This document shows, one piece after another, positions 24,731-34,619 of a stretch of DNA of 64,000 bases; the stretch's first letter is position 1, and each line of letters starts with the position of its first letter. The stretch covers positions 2,944,001 through 3,008,000 of the forward strand of contig OY969934.1 of assembly GCA_963704725.1 (NCBI GenBank), given 5' to 3'. Origin of the DNA: an uncultured Actinomycetes bacterium (GTDB taxonomy: Bacteria > Actinomycetota > UBA4738 > HRBIN12). The notes beneath the pieces were generated by a model. The model ran no database searches and was not told the DNA's origin. It worked only from the letters and a program-made list of their open reading frames with translations. The position numbers were made by a program, and so were the translations under genes.

Positions 24731-27700
24731 TGACTGATGGGGACGGTGACCGTGGCGGTCGCGGTCGACGTGTTCCCGCAGGCGTCGGTCGCCGAGTAGG
24801 TAATCGTGTAGACGCGCCCGGTCCCGCGCTCCGATCGCTCGGCTCGCAGGCGGAACGTGTCCATGTCGACGATGACGATGTCGTGCTTGGTCTTGCCGTC
24901 CACGCCGCCGGGCGCGTCGTCGGGCTCGTTGGACGTGACGGAGACGAGCTCGAACGTCGGGCTCGGGTCCGCGCCGTCGGAGATCGTGATCGTGGCCTGC
25001 ACCGTCCGGTACTTGTGGTTCGGCGGCCAGAGCTGGGTCGGCGAGACGGAGACCGAGAGGTCCGGGGCCGTCACGTCGCGGCAGAACGCGGCGACCTGGG
25101 GGTCGTGGTCGCTCGCCCCGCGCGCCCCGTCCCCGTCGAAGTCGGCCGGCCAATCGCTGTTCACGTGCGCCGCGCGGAAGTCTCGGAGCGTGTCGAAGAG
25201 CGCGGGCGTCACGAACAGGTTGTCGAGCGTCTGGGTCTGCCCCTGGAAGACGTAGCTGTAGGCGCTCGAGGGCGCCTCGTCCACGAGCACCTCCCACAGG
25301 TTCTCCAGCCCCTGGTCGTAGAGCGCGCCGAGCTGGTCGCTGGGGAACAGCGGATCGCCGGGCGCGAACGGGTCGTCGGGCCGGGGGTACACGTTGAGGT
25401 CCCCGCCCACCGCGACGAGCGCGTCCGGATCGGCGCTCTGGAGCGCGTCGACGATCGCCGCGTCGTAGGCGGCCTGTTCGGTCCGCTGCCCCACCCGGGC
25501 GTTCGGCGTGCTGCTGAAGTGGTTGCTCACCGCGTACAGGTCGAGCGAGGTCCCCTCGCCGATCGCGCCCTGCCAGATCCGGAACAGACCGACCTGCGGC
25601 GCTCGGGTGAACACGTTCGAGCCGTCGACGCCGGTGCTCGTGTCCACGTCGGGCGGCAGGACGGCGTTCAGGACCTTGGGGTTCGAGACGTCGGCGTTGT
25701 AGCCGAGCGCGGTCCCTCGGTAGTCCACCGTGGGCGAGCTCCCCAGCACGGGGTCGCCCGCCGGGGCCGGCAGCAGCTCGACCCGGTCGGTCCGATACAG
25801 GAACGCCGAGACGATCCCCCGGTCGTCGGCGCCGTCGCGATCGTAGGCGGCGTCGTACGCCGGCCCGCCCTGGGCCGCGATCGTGACCGCGAGCTCCTGC
25901 AGCGTGTCGGGCTTGCCGTCGGCGTCGTCCGTGGCGCCGCAGGCGAGCGCGCCGCCGCTCACCGTGCAGATGTCCTGGTCCTCGGCCTCCTGCACCAGCA
26001 GGATGTCGGGCCCGTGCAGGTCGGTGACGACCTGCTGCGCGATGACGCCCAGGCGCGCCTCGTAGGCGGCCTCGCTCGCCGGCACGTAGTCGAAGGGCGG
26101 GCTCACGCCCGGGCAGCCGGTGTTCCCGGCGAAGTCGCACCCGTCGAACGGGTCGTCGCGGTAGTCGTACAGGTTCTCCATGTTGAAGGTGGCCAGGCTG
26201 AACTGCTGGTCGCGGTCGATGGCCTGGACGGGCGCGTTCGTGGAGGGATCCACGCCGTGTGCGAGCTGCAGCTGCTCGCCCACCTGGATCTGGTACTTGT
26301 CGAACGAGAAGTACACACCCCCCACGCCGGCGTCCGTCATCGTGTCGAACGTCCGGGCCGGCGCGATGAGGGCCGTGTTGTCGCCCGCCGCGGCCTTGAT
26401 GCCGAGGCTCCCCATGATGATCCGGAAGCCGTTCCCGTCGTCGAACAGCGCCGGATCGTCGTCCAGCGGATGCGGGTCGCGGAACACCCTCCGCGCGTAC
26501 GGGTCGGCACGCTGTGCCACGGGGTGGTCGCCCCGGATGACCCACACCTCCCCGTCGGCCGTGCTCGGGAACACGTCCCGCCGGCCGACGACGACGCTGC
26601 CGGAGGGCACCTCGGCCCGCATGCCCTCGCGGCGCTCCCAGTACCGGTTCGCGTCGGCGAGGACGTCCGGCGGGGCCGCGTCGAACGCGGGGACCTCGGC
26701 GCCGAGGTCGACGCCGGTGCGGACCACGTCGACGACCGAGAGCCCCGCGCTGAGCTCGGTCAGGCTGAAGAACTCGGACACCCGCCCCGCGAGGACGATC
26801 TCGTCGCCCACCTGCGGCGCGTACGTGCCGCCGCCCGAACGCAGCAGCGTGGTGAAGCTCCCCATGAACACGAAGATCCCGTCGGAGGAGTGGGGATCGG
26901 CGTCGGCCGAAGCGGCCGCGTCCTGGATGAAGAGCCCGTTCTGGTTCGCCCCGGCGCTCGTCCGGGCCAGGGTCTTCTCGTACACGACGGCGCGCACGGC
27001 CACGGTGGTGGTCCCCGCGGCGTTCCCGGTGGCCGGCGCGAACGGCGAGCGGAACGTGAGCCCGTCGTCCGAGTCCCCCACTGATCCCTGCACCGCCCCG
27101 ATCGTCATCAGCTCGGCCACGACCACGGTGAGCGAGCACGTCCCCGTCTGCGGGCTCGGGTCGTCGTTCGTGGCGGTGACGGTGACCGAGTAGATGCCCG
27201 GCGGGACGGCGTCGTCCACGGTGACGACGGCGCTCGCCGTGCCCCCGACCCCGCCGGCCGGCACGAGGCTCCCGGCGGTGATCGAGCCCGGCGCCGGCGA
27301 GGGCGTGACGTTCGCGACGGCGATGTCGACGACGGTTCCGTCGGCGTCGCTCGCGGTGACGGTGCGCGCGGCGGCGTAGCCCTCGGCCGTGGTGAGCGTG
27401 TTCCCGCAGGTGGCGATGACGGCCGCGTTCGACGGCCCACACGTGTGGAGCGGCGACACGGTGTTGCGGGGTGTCGGGGCGCCCGTCGCGAAGTCGGCGG
27501 CGTTGTCGTCGGTCTCGGCGCAGCCGTCGGAGCCGCGAAGGGCCGCGATCGTGTTGCTCGGCGCCGGCGTGGGGCCGGAGCCCTCGAAGAAGTTCGCGTT
27601 CCCGTAGCCGACGAGATCGACGATCGTGGCCAGCGCGGCGGGCGTGCACGGCGTGGAGCCGCCGTTGCACCCGAGCGGCGTGGTCGTGTCGACGAGCGCG

Positions 27701-28128
27701 ACCTTCCCGCCGCCGCCGGCCATCGCGATCGGCGTGGCGTCGACGACATCGGGCGTCGGGAGCGGCGTGGTCCCGCCGGTGCCCTGCGCCTCCTGGATCA
27801 GGAAGTACTGCCCGGGTCCGATCGAAACGGCCGGCAGCTCGGTGAGCATCGTGCTCGACGAGCCGAACGTTCCCGTGCCGGTCGCGCTCGCGTACTGCAC
27901 GGACCAGCCGGCGACCGAGACGCTCGAGGAGCCCAGGTTGTACAGCTCGACGAAGTCGTGGGTGTAGGTGGCGCCGCTGTTCCCCCCACCCCCGTACACC
28001 TGGCTCACGACGAGGCCGGCGGACACCGCTTGCGTGGTCGCCGGCACGAGGACGAGCGCCGCCACCATCGAAAGGACGGCCGCGAACGACCCGATGGCCC
28101 GCCGCCGGAACGAAGCCCGAGCACCCAC
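24727..28128 (-). CDS. Secreted nuclease: lamin-tail domain + OB fold + ExeM/NucH-type EEP domain + C-terminal Ig-like domain
   Basis: Signal peptide; VVSQVYGGGGNSGATYTHDFVELYN; TIGAVQG; ATFNMENL, LVQE, NHFSS, GDLN, LDN, SDHDP; LWPPNHK C-terminal domain. Confidence 0.9.
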   Translation of the reverse strand: MGARASFRRRAIGSFAAVLSMVAALVLVPATTQAVSAGLVVSQVYGGGGNSGATYTHDFVELYNLGSSSVSVAGWSVQYASATGTGTFGSSSTMLTELPAVSIGPGQYFLIQEAQGTGGTTPLPTPDVVDATPIAMAGGGGKVALVDTTTPLGCNGGSTPCTPAALATIVDLVGYGNANFFEGSGPTPAPSNTIAALRGSDGCAETDDNAADFATGAPTPRNTVSPLHTCGPSNAAVIATCGNTLTTAEGYAAARTVTASDADGTVVDIAVANVTPSPAPGSITAGSLVPAGGVGGTASAVVTVDDAVPPGIYSVTVTATNDDPSPQTGTCSLTVVVAELMTIGAVQGSVGDSDDGLTFRSPFAPATGNAAGTTTVAVRAVVYEKTLARTSAGANQNGLFIQDAAASADADPHSSDGIFVFMGSFTTLLRSGGGTYAPQVGDEIVLAGRVSEFFSLTELSAGLSVVDVVRTGVDLGAEVPAFDAAPPDVLADANRYWERREGMRAEVPSGSVVVGRRDVFPSTADGEVWVIRGDHPVAQRADPYARRVFRDPHPLDDDPALFDDGNGFRIIMGSLGIKAAAGDNTALIAPARTFDTMTDAGVGGVYFSFDKYQIQVGEQLQLAHGVDPSTNAPVQAIDRDQQFSLATFNMENLYDYRDDPFDGCDFAGNTGCPGVSPPFDYVPASEAAYEARLGVIAQQVVTDLHGPDILLVQEAEDQDICTVSGGALACGATDDADGKPDTLQELAVTIAAQGGPAYDAAYDRDGADDRGIVSAFLYRTDRVELLPAPAGDPVLGSSPTVDYRGTALGYNADVSNPKVLNAVLPPDVDTSTGVDGSNVFTRAPQVGLFRIWQGAIGEGTSLDLYAVSNHFSSTPNARVGQRTEQAAYDAAIVDALQSADPDALVAVGGDLNVYPRPDDPFAPGDPLFPSDQLGALYDQGLENLWEVLVDEAPSSAYSYVFQGQTQTLDNLFVTPALFDTLRDFRAAHVNSDWPADFDGDGARGASDHDPQVAAFCRDVTAPDLSVSVSPTQLWPPNHKYRTVQATITISDGADPSPTFELVSVTSNEPDDAPGGVDGKTKHDIVIVDMDTFRLRAERSERGTGRVYTITYSATDACGNTSTATATVTVPISQ

Positions 28129-28388
28129 GTCGATCCCCTCCCAAGCGCGACCGCGTGGGGTCGCGGAGCCGATGAGCTGCCAGACGCCAGCCTAAGCCAG
28201 TGTTGCGCCCTCGTGCTACGTGACGGTGACGGCGGCGCGTCCTGGAGGCGAACACCGGGGTCGGGCTCCCATCGGTGAGCGGTCGCCGCCGATGCCGGCG
28301 GAACCGTTCGGGGGCACCGAGCCGTCGGTTGTGGACGGGCTTGCGCTGGGTACGGTCCGATCGCGATTCGAGATGAGAGGGGTCTCAG

Positions 28389-29954
28389 ATGGCCGAGGAC
28401 AGGATTCCAGAGACGGCGAAGCGGCGGAGCTCGAGGCACGCTCTCAGGTGGGTCGCCGCCGGAGGCGTCTGGCTGGTGTCGCTGGCGTATCTGGCCGCCC
28501 CCGCCCGTGCGGCGACGTGCGACACGTCGGCCGGCGGGAGCCAGCTCAACGTCGTCCTCGCGAGCGGGAACTCGGTCAGCGTCCGGATCGGCACGGGCGA
28601 CACGATCCGCGTGAACGGGGGCGGGCTGACCGCCAGCGACTGCGGCGGGAACACCTCGGCCGCCGTCGATGCGATCCACGTCACCGGCGCCGGCGGCGCC
28701 GAGACGTTCACCATCGACGAGACGGGTCCGGGCGGCGCGTTCGACGCCGACGACGACTTCACCATCGACCTCGGCGGCGGGGACGACTCACTGGTCGTCA
28801 CGGGTCGAAGCGGGGTCGACACGATCACGTTCACCCCGTTCGTCGTCGACGGGGCCGACGTCACCCAGACCGGCATCGAGAGCTTCCTCGTGAACGCGAA
28901 CGCCGGAGACGACTCGGTGAGCGGCGGCTCGTTCGGAGGCCGCCTCACGCTCCACGGTGGCAACGGGGTCGACACCCTCACGGGCGGCAACGGGAACGAC
29001 TCGATCGGCGGCGGGGGGGACGCGAGCAGCGACACCATGAACGGGGGCGCGGGGACCGATTCACTGACCTACGCCGGACTGACGAGCGGCGTCACCGTCA
29101 GCCTCGCCGTCACCGGCCCTCAGGCCACCGGCCCGGCGGGGGTCGACACCATCTCGGGGTTCGAGAACCTCACCGGCGGGACGGGGAGCGACACGCTGAC
29201 CGGGACCTCCGGCGAGAACTCGTTGTTCGGCGGCGAGGGGAACGACACGCTGTCGGGCGGGGCGGGCAACGACGTCATCAGCGGAGGGGCGGGTATCGAC
29301 ACCGTGACCTACGCCGGCAGCCCGGCCGGCGTCACGGTCGACCTCAACGTGACGACGCCCCAGAGCACCGGAGGCGCCGGCACCGACACGATCTCGGGGA
29401 TCGAGAACGCCACGGGCGGCAGTGGGAACGACACCCTGCTGGGCACCACCGGGATCAACGTCCTCGACGGCGGCGATGGGAACGACAAGCTCCGGGGCGG
29501 CGACAACAACGACACCCTCATCGGGGGCGCCGGCAGCGACCGGGCCGACTACGCGACGGCCTCGACGGGCGTGACCGTGAACCTCGCCAACGGCACCGCC
29601 ACCGGCCAGGGATCGGACTCGCTGACCGGGATCGAGGAGGTCGGCGGGTCCGCCTTCGACGACGTGATCACGGGTGGGGACGGCAGGAACGTGATCGCCG
29701 CGGGCGGGGGCCTGGATCGGGTCTCCGGCGGCGACGGGAACGACGCACTCAGGACCGGCGACGGGAACGACCAAGCCGCCGGCGGGTCGGGCAAGGACCG
29801 GATCATCGGTGGGTCGGGAAACGACTCGCTCCGGGGCGGCTCCGGGAACGACCGCCTGAACGGCGGGTCCGGCGGTGACACCTTGAGGGGCGGCGCCGGC
29901 CGCGACGTCTGCAACGGCGGCCCGGGACGCGACCACGAGCGGGGGTGCGAGTAG
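28389..29954 (+). CDS. Secreted RTX/hemolysin-type calcium-binding repeat protein
   Basis: Sec-type signal (APARA-A); many GGxGxDxL nonapeptides; GVTVxL/IENxTGG repeats; ends DVCNGGPGRDHERGCE. Confidence 0.9.
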   Translation: MAEDRIPETAKRRSSRHALRWVAAGGVWLVSLAYLAAPARAATCDTSAGGSQLNVVLASGNSVSVRIGTGDTIRVNGGGLTASDCGGNTSAAVDAIHVTGAGGAETFTIDETGPGGAFDADDDFTIDLGGGDDSLVVTGRSGVDTITFTPFVVDGADVTQTGIESFLVNANAGDDSVSGGSFGGRLTLHGGNGVDTLTGGNGNDSIGGGGDASSDTMNGGAGTDSLTYAGLTSGVTVSLAVTGPQATGPAGVDTISGFENLTGGTGSDTLTGTSGENSLFGGEGNDTLSGGAGNDVISGGAGIDTVTYAGSPAGVTVDLNVTTPQSTGGAGTDTISGIENATGGSGNDTLLGTTGINVLDGGDGNDKLRGGDNNDTLIGGAGSDRADYATASTGVTVNLANGTATGQGSDSLTGIEEVGGSAFDDVITGGDGRNVIAAGGGLDRVSGGDGNDALRTGDGNDQAAGGSGKDRIIGGSGNDSLRGGSGNDRLNGGSGGDTLRGGAGRDVCNGGPGRDHERGCE

Positions 29955-29990
29955 GCTCCTCCGCACGGTGGCGCTTGCGGTGGATGGAGC

Positions 29991-31529
29991 ATGATTGCCG
30001 GTCTGAACGTCCCGTCGAACCTCGGCGTCGGTACGTGGATCGAACGTCGGGCCAGGATCGCTCCGGACGCCGTTGCGCTCATCGGCAGCGAGCGATCGTT
30101 CACGTATCGGGAGCTCGCCGCACGGATCCGGCGACTCGCGAACGGCCTCCGGCAGCTCGGGGTGGCACGCGGCGACCGCGTCGCGTGGATCGGCCCCAAT
30201 CACCCGGCGGCTCTGGAGGCCCTGTTCGCCGCCGCGTCGATCGGGGCCGCGCTCGCTCCCGTCAACCACCGCTTGGGGGGAGGTGAGCTGGCCGCCGTCC
30301 TCGAAGATGCCGATCCGACCGTGCTGATCCGACGGGGCCCCGTCGATCCCACCGCCATCCCCGGGTCCGTCAAGCACCAACTCGACGTCGATGGGGAGAT
30401 CAACGGCGCGATCGTGTTGGAGGCGCTCGTCGCCGAGTCCCCGGACGATCCGATCGACATCGAGATCGGGATGGAGGAGCTCTGCCTCCTCGCTCACACC
30501 TCGGGCACGATCGGGCCATCGAAAGGGATCGTGCTCACTCACGCGAACGTCACGTGGAACGTCGTCAACTTCCTGACGTGCGCGGACTTCCGAAGCACGG
30601 ACGTGACGGTCGCGATCGCGCCGTTCTTCCGAGTGGGTGGCACGGGCGTGAACGTCCTTCCCCTCCTCTTCGTCGGCGGAACGGTGGTGGTCTCCGACCT
30701 CGTGAACCCGGACGACGTCCTTCGATCGATCCAGACGCATCGCGTGAGCATCGGGTTCGGCAACCCGGACAGCCTGGACGCACTCGTCCGCGCCGCCGCG
30801 TGGCCGGAGGCCGACCTCTCGAGCGTCCGCTTCATGCTCACGGGTGGCGCACCCGTGCCCGAGCGGCTCATCCGCGCCTTCCTCGCGCGAGGCGTGACGC
30901 TGCTGCAGGGGTACGGGCTGTCGGAGGCGGCTCCCCTCGTGCTCCTGCTGGATCCGGAGAGCGCCCTCACGAAGATCGGCGCGGCCGGACGGCCTCCGCT
31001 GTTCGTCGACGTCCGGATCGTGGATGCGGACGGCCGCTCCGTGCCGACCGGCCGGACGGGGGAACTGCTCGTGCGGGGCCCGAACGTCATGGCCGGGTAC
31101 TGGAGGCGGCCGGATGACACCCGCGACGCGCTGTCGGCCGATGGATGGCTGAGGACCGGAGACGCGGCGCGAAGCGACGACGATGGCGACATCTGGATCG
31201 TCGATCGGATCGCGGACCGATTCCTCTCGGACGGGCGGACCGTCTATCCGGGAGACGTCGAGCGGGTGTTGCTGAGGCATCCCTCGATCGCGGACGTCGG
31301 CGTGGTGGACGTTCCCTCGGATGTCGGCAGCGTGGCGATCGCGGTCGTCGTGCCGGCGCCGGGCTCGAGAGCGACGGAGGAGGAGATCCTGGCGTTCGGC
31401 CGAGGGAACCTCGCTCCCCACCAGGTCCCCGCGTCCGTCGCGTTCGTCGACGAGCTCCCGCGGAGCCAGGTGGGCAAGCTGCTCAGGGGGCAGCTCCGCG
31501 CACTCGTGCCTCCCCTGTCCGCCGGGTAG
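29991..31529 (+). CDS. AMP-forming acyl-CoA synthetase (MenE/FadD-like)
   Basis: HTSGTIGPSKG, QGYGLSE, WLRTGD, LPRSQVGK motifs. Confidence 0.88.
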   Translation: MIAGLNVPSNLGVGTWIERRARIAPDAVALIGSERSFTYRELAARIRRLANGLRQLGVARGDRVAWIGPNHPAALEALFAAASIGAALAPVNHRLGGGELAAVLEDADPTVLIRRGPVDPTAIPGSVKHQLDVDGEINGAIVLEALVAESPDDPIDIEIGMEELCLLAHTSGTIGPSKGIVLTHANVTWNVVNFLTCADFRSTDVTVAIAPFFRVGGTGVNVLPLLFVGGTVVVSDLVNPDDVLRSIQTHRVSIGFGNPDSLDALVRAAAWPEADLSSVRFMLTGGAPVPERLIRAFLARGVTLLQGYGLSEAAPLVLLLDPESALTKIGAAGRPPLFVDVRIVDADGRSVPTGRTGELLVRGPNVMAGYWRRPDDTRDALSADGWLRTGDAARSDDDGDIWIVDRIADRFLSDGRTVYPGDVERVLLRHPSIADVGVVDVPSDVGSVAIAVVVPAPGSRATEEEILAFGRGNLAPHQVPASVAFVDELPRSQVGKLLRGQLRALVPPLSAG

Positions 31530-31554
31530 CCGATCTCTCGCCGTTGAAGCGTCG

Positions 31555-31627
31555 AGCCGGAGCGGGGACTCGAACCCCGGACCCCCTCCTTACCATGGAG
31601 GTGCTCTGCCGACTGAGCTACTCCGGC
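31555..31627 (-). tRNA. tRNA-Thr (GGT)
   Basis: GCCGGAGTAGCTCAGTCGGCAGAGCACCTCCATGGTAAGGAGGGGGTCCGGGGTTCGAGTCCCCGCTCCGGCT; anticodon GGT. Confidence 0.96.
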
Positions 31628-31674
31628 CGGGCGGCCATGATACCGACCGCCCAGCGGCGTGGGACGATGATTCG

Positions 31675-32130
31675 ATGCGCCGGGTGCTCGCCGTCCTGCT
31701 CGTCACGCTGGCCTCGTGCTCGTCCGGCGGTGGGACCACGGGCGGTGGGGCGACCGACGAGCTCGTGATCGACACCGGGTCGGAGCGGGTCTCGATCCGC
31801 GTCGAGGTGGCCGACGACGAGGCCGAACGCGAGACCGGGCTGATGGGCCGGGAGTCCCTCCCCGAGGACGCCGGGATGGCCTTCCTGTGGTCGGATCCCG
31901 TCCGGGTCTCCTTCTGGATGAAGGACACGCTGATCCCGCTGTCGATCGCGTTCTGGGACGCCGACGGGAGCATCATCTCGATCCTCGACATGGCCCCGTG
32001 CCGCGCGGACCCGTGCCCCACCTACGATCCGGGAGCCGCCTTCGTCGGCGCCCTCGAGGTCAACGAGGGCTTCTTCGCCTCGCGCGGCGTCGAGGTGGGC
32101 GACGTGATCGCCACCGAGGCGTTCCTGTGA
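31675..32130 (+). CDS. DUF192-family lipoprotein
   Basis: Lipobox LASC; VEVADDEAERETGLMGRESL..DAGMAF...FWMKDTLIPLSIAF...ALEVN. Confidence 0.9.
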   Translation: MRRVLAVLLVTLASCSSGGGTTGGGATDELVIDTGSERVSIRVEVADDEAERETGLMGRESLPEDAGMAFLWSDPVRVSFWMKDTLIPLSIAFWDADGSIISILDMAPCRADPCPTYDPGAAFVGALEVNEGFFASRGVEVGDVIATEAFL

Positions 32131-32441
32131 CCGATCCGGAATGCCTGCTGTGCCGGGCCGAGCGGTTGACCGCGTGGCACTTCGAGGACGATGAGTGCTG
32201 GATCACCGATTGCATGGTGTGCATGACGCCGATGATCGTGTGGCGATCACACGGCCTGCCCGACCCCGAGGGCGAGACGCATCTCCTCGGCCGGCTCGAG
32301 GCCGTCGCCGCCGAGCGCTACCCGGACGGGTTCTGGATCGACGGCGAGCGCCGCCGCATCCCCGATCACTGGCACGCGCACGCCCGTCCCGCCGGCGGGT
32401 TCTTCGATCCGGCGAGCGCCCTGTACACCCAGTACCGCTAG
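32127..32441 (+). CDS. Small HIT-like/metal-binding hypothetical protein
   Basis: GTG overlaps the DUF192 stop; CLLC, CMVC and IPDHWHAHA motifs. Confidence 0.75.
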   Translation: MTDPECLLCRAERLTAWHFEDDECWITDCMVCMTPMIVWRSHGLPDPEGETHLLGRLEAVAAERYPDGFWIDGERRRIPDHWHAHARPAGGFFDPASALYTQYR

Positions 32442-32532
32442 GCATCCCCCGAGACGCAGGTAGCAGTGCCCGCCGGATCCGCCCTAGCCTACCTCATGGC
32501 TCCCGGGCCGGCCTCCGAGCAGACCCGGCCGT

Positions 32533-33318
32533 TCAGCTGGAGGCGATGACGCCGGTCGCCTCCAGGGCCGTCTCGAACGCCGACGCCACGACCCTGGCCC
32601 CGTCGGTGCTCGGATGGAAACCGTCGTCGGAGACCAGCTCCGGGCGTTCGGTCGGGATGTCGCCGAGCGCGTGGAGATCGACGAGGACGGCGCCCTCCTC
32701 CTCGACGATGGTCTCGATCTCCCGGTTGTAGGCCGCGACGGCCGCCCTGACGGCCCGGGGCGACGGGGTCACGATCGAAAGGTCCGCGGGGCACTCGACG
32801 ACGTTGCCCAGCGGGGCGACGTAGCTCCCGCTCGAGGAGCGGCACGCGAGATAGACCGGGAGCGTGTCGAGCCGAGGAGTGTTGGCCACCAACACGATCG
32901 TCTCCCCGTCCCGGAGGAGGTCGTGGACGACGACGCGGAGCTGCCGCCCGTACCGATCCGGTGTCACGCCGTGGAGGAGGTCGTTGACGTTGAACCACAC
33001 CGTGGCGACATCCGCTCGCACGGACAGGGCCGCGTTCACCTGTTCCACGAGGGCCTGACGCGTCGTGCTGCCGCCGACGCCGAAGTCGTACAGGGCCGAG
33101 CCCGGCGGAAGCGTCCGCCACAGCACACGCGGCCAGGCATCTTCGATCGGATCGGCCGTGCCGACGCCGGCGGTCTCGCTGGCCCCCAGGGCCGCGTAGA
33201 CGAGCGGAGCGGCGGCTCCCGGCGACGGGGTGACCGCCGCGCGGCCCGACCCACCGCCCGTGCACGCGACGGCGAGCATGAGCAGGACGACGCCGGCGAA
33301 CAGACCGCGTGGCCTCAC
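32533..33318 (-). CDS. SGNH/GDSL-family hydrolase lipoprotein
   Basis: Lipobox AVAC; block I ALGASET, NDL, DGFHP catalytic motif. Confidence 0.85.
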   Translation of the reverse strand: MRPRGLFAGVVLLMLAVACTGGGSGRAAVTPSPGAAAPLVYAALGASETAGVGTADPIEDAWPRVLWRTLPPGSALYDFGVGGSTTRQALVEQVNAALSVRADVATVWFNVNDLLHGVTPDRYGRQLRVVVHDLLRDGETIVLVANTPRLDTLPVYLACRSSSGSYVAPLGNVVECPADLSIVTPSPRAVRAAVAAYNREIETIVEEEGAVLVDLHALGDIPTERPELVSDDGFHPSTDGARVVASAFETALEATGVIASS

Positions 33319-34619
33319 AGCGAACCCACCGCCTCCCGGGCGGGAAGGCGAGCCGCCCGCCGGGCCGGAAGCGCCCCCGCGACCACCGCGAGGGCGGTTG
33401 CGCCGAAGATGCCGCCGACGACGACCACGGCCGGCGCCACGACCCGAACGCCCTCGAGGCCCTGTCCCGTGAGGTATCCGTTCACGACCAGACCCACGCC
33501 GAAGGCGACGGCGACCCCTATGGCGGTGCCCAGCATGCCGCCCACCGCACCGACGAACGCGGCCTCGATCAGGAACCAGCGCAGCACGTCGCGATCCCTG
33601 GCGCCGATCGCCTTCAACACCCCGATCTCGCGGCGGCGTTCCCGCACCGCCGCGAGCAGGGCGTTCGTGATCCCGAGCGACGCGATGACCAGCGCGATCG
33701 AGGCGATCCCGCCGAGCACGATGTCGACGACGTGGAGGTATCGCCGGACGTTGGCGACCAGCTGCTCGGGTGCGCTCGTCGCGTACCCGAGCTCGTCGAT
33801 CGACGTTCGCACCCGGTGCACCTCGTCCAGGGAGTCGGCCACGACCACGAGGCCGGAGTAGTCCGACGTGGGGAGGCGGAACCGATCGCCGTCGCCGACG
33901 CCGCCGAGCGCCCAGTCACGGTCGGCCTGGGTCTGCTCGATCGGGACGACGAACTCACCGACGGCCGCGTCCTGCGCGACGACTCCGACGATCGTGAGCA
34001 CGACCCATCTGCCCCGGTAGTCGAGCTCGCCGTCGACCTGGCGGTACACCTGTGGCGAACCCATCATGATCGTCCCGCCGAGGACCTGGTCCGGCCGATC
34101 GGCGTCGAGCTTCATCCGGTCCAGATACCCCTGGGTGACGGCGACCTCCGACAGCGACCCGGCGGCGGGCAGTCGACCCGCCAGCAGGGTGATCGGCAGG
34201 TCCGAGGACTCGCTCACATCGATCCCCACCGCGTGCTCGAAGATCCGGTGCGGCACCCCGGGCGCGAACGGCGGGATCACCAGCACCTCCGCCGTCAGGA
34301 CGCCGGCCGTCGAGGCGACGCCGGGCAGGCTCGCGATCCGCTCCCGATCCGCCTGCGTGAGGTCTCGCGGCTCGGCGGGGCGAAGCGAGTCGATCTCGAG
34401 CTGGCCCGGTGCCGCCTCGGCGGCCAGAACCTTGACCGCCGTGATCGGACCGCCCTTGCTCACCTGCCTGATGACGCGCGAGTTCGCCGTCACGACCATC
34501 GTGGCCAGCGCGACCAGCAAGGCGCTCGCGAGCGTGACGGCGAGGGCCGTGAGCGCCGTCCTGCCGAATCGACGCGACGCGCTGGCCAGCGCCATCGAGA
34601 GCGCGTCCCGCCACGTCAC
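33315..34619 (-). CDS. ABC transporter permease (MacB/FtsX-type)
   Basis: N-terminal TM, large extracytoplasmic loop, VRERRREIGVLKAIGA, PARRAARLP. Confidence 0.9.
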   Translation of the reverse strand: MTWRDALSMALASASRRFGRTALTALAVTLASALLVALATMVVTANSRVIRQVSKGGPITAVKVLAAEAAPGQLEIDSLRPAEPRDLTQADRERIASLPGVASTAGVLTAEVLVIPPFAPGVPHRIFEHAVGIDVSESSDLPITLLAGRLPAAGSLSEVAVTQGYLDRMKLDADRPDQVLGGTIMMGSPQVYRQVDGELDYRGRWVVLTIVGVVAQDAAVGEFVVPIEQTQADRDWALGGVGDGDRFRLPTSDYSGLVVVADSLDEVHRVRTSIDELGYATSAPEQLVANVRRYLHVVDIVLGGIASIALVIASLGITNALLAAVRERRREIGVLKAIGARDRDVLRWFLIEAAFVGAVGGMLGTAIGVAVAFGVGLVVNGYLTGQGLEGVRVVAPAVVVVGGIFGATALAVVAGALPARRAARLPAREAVGSL

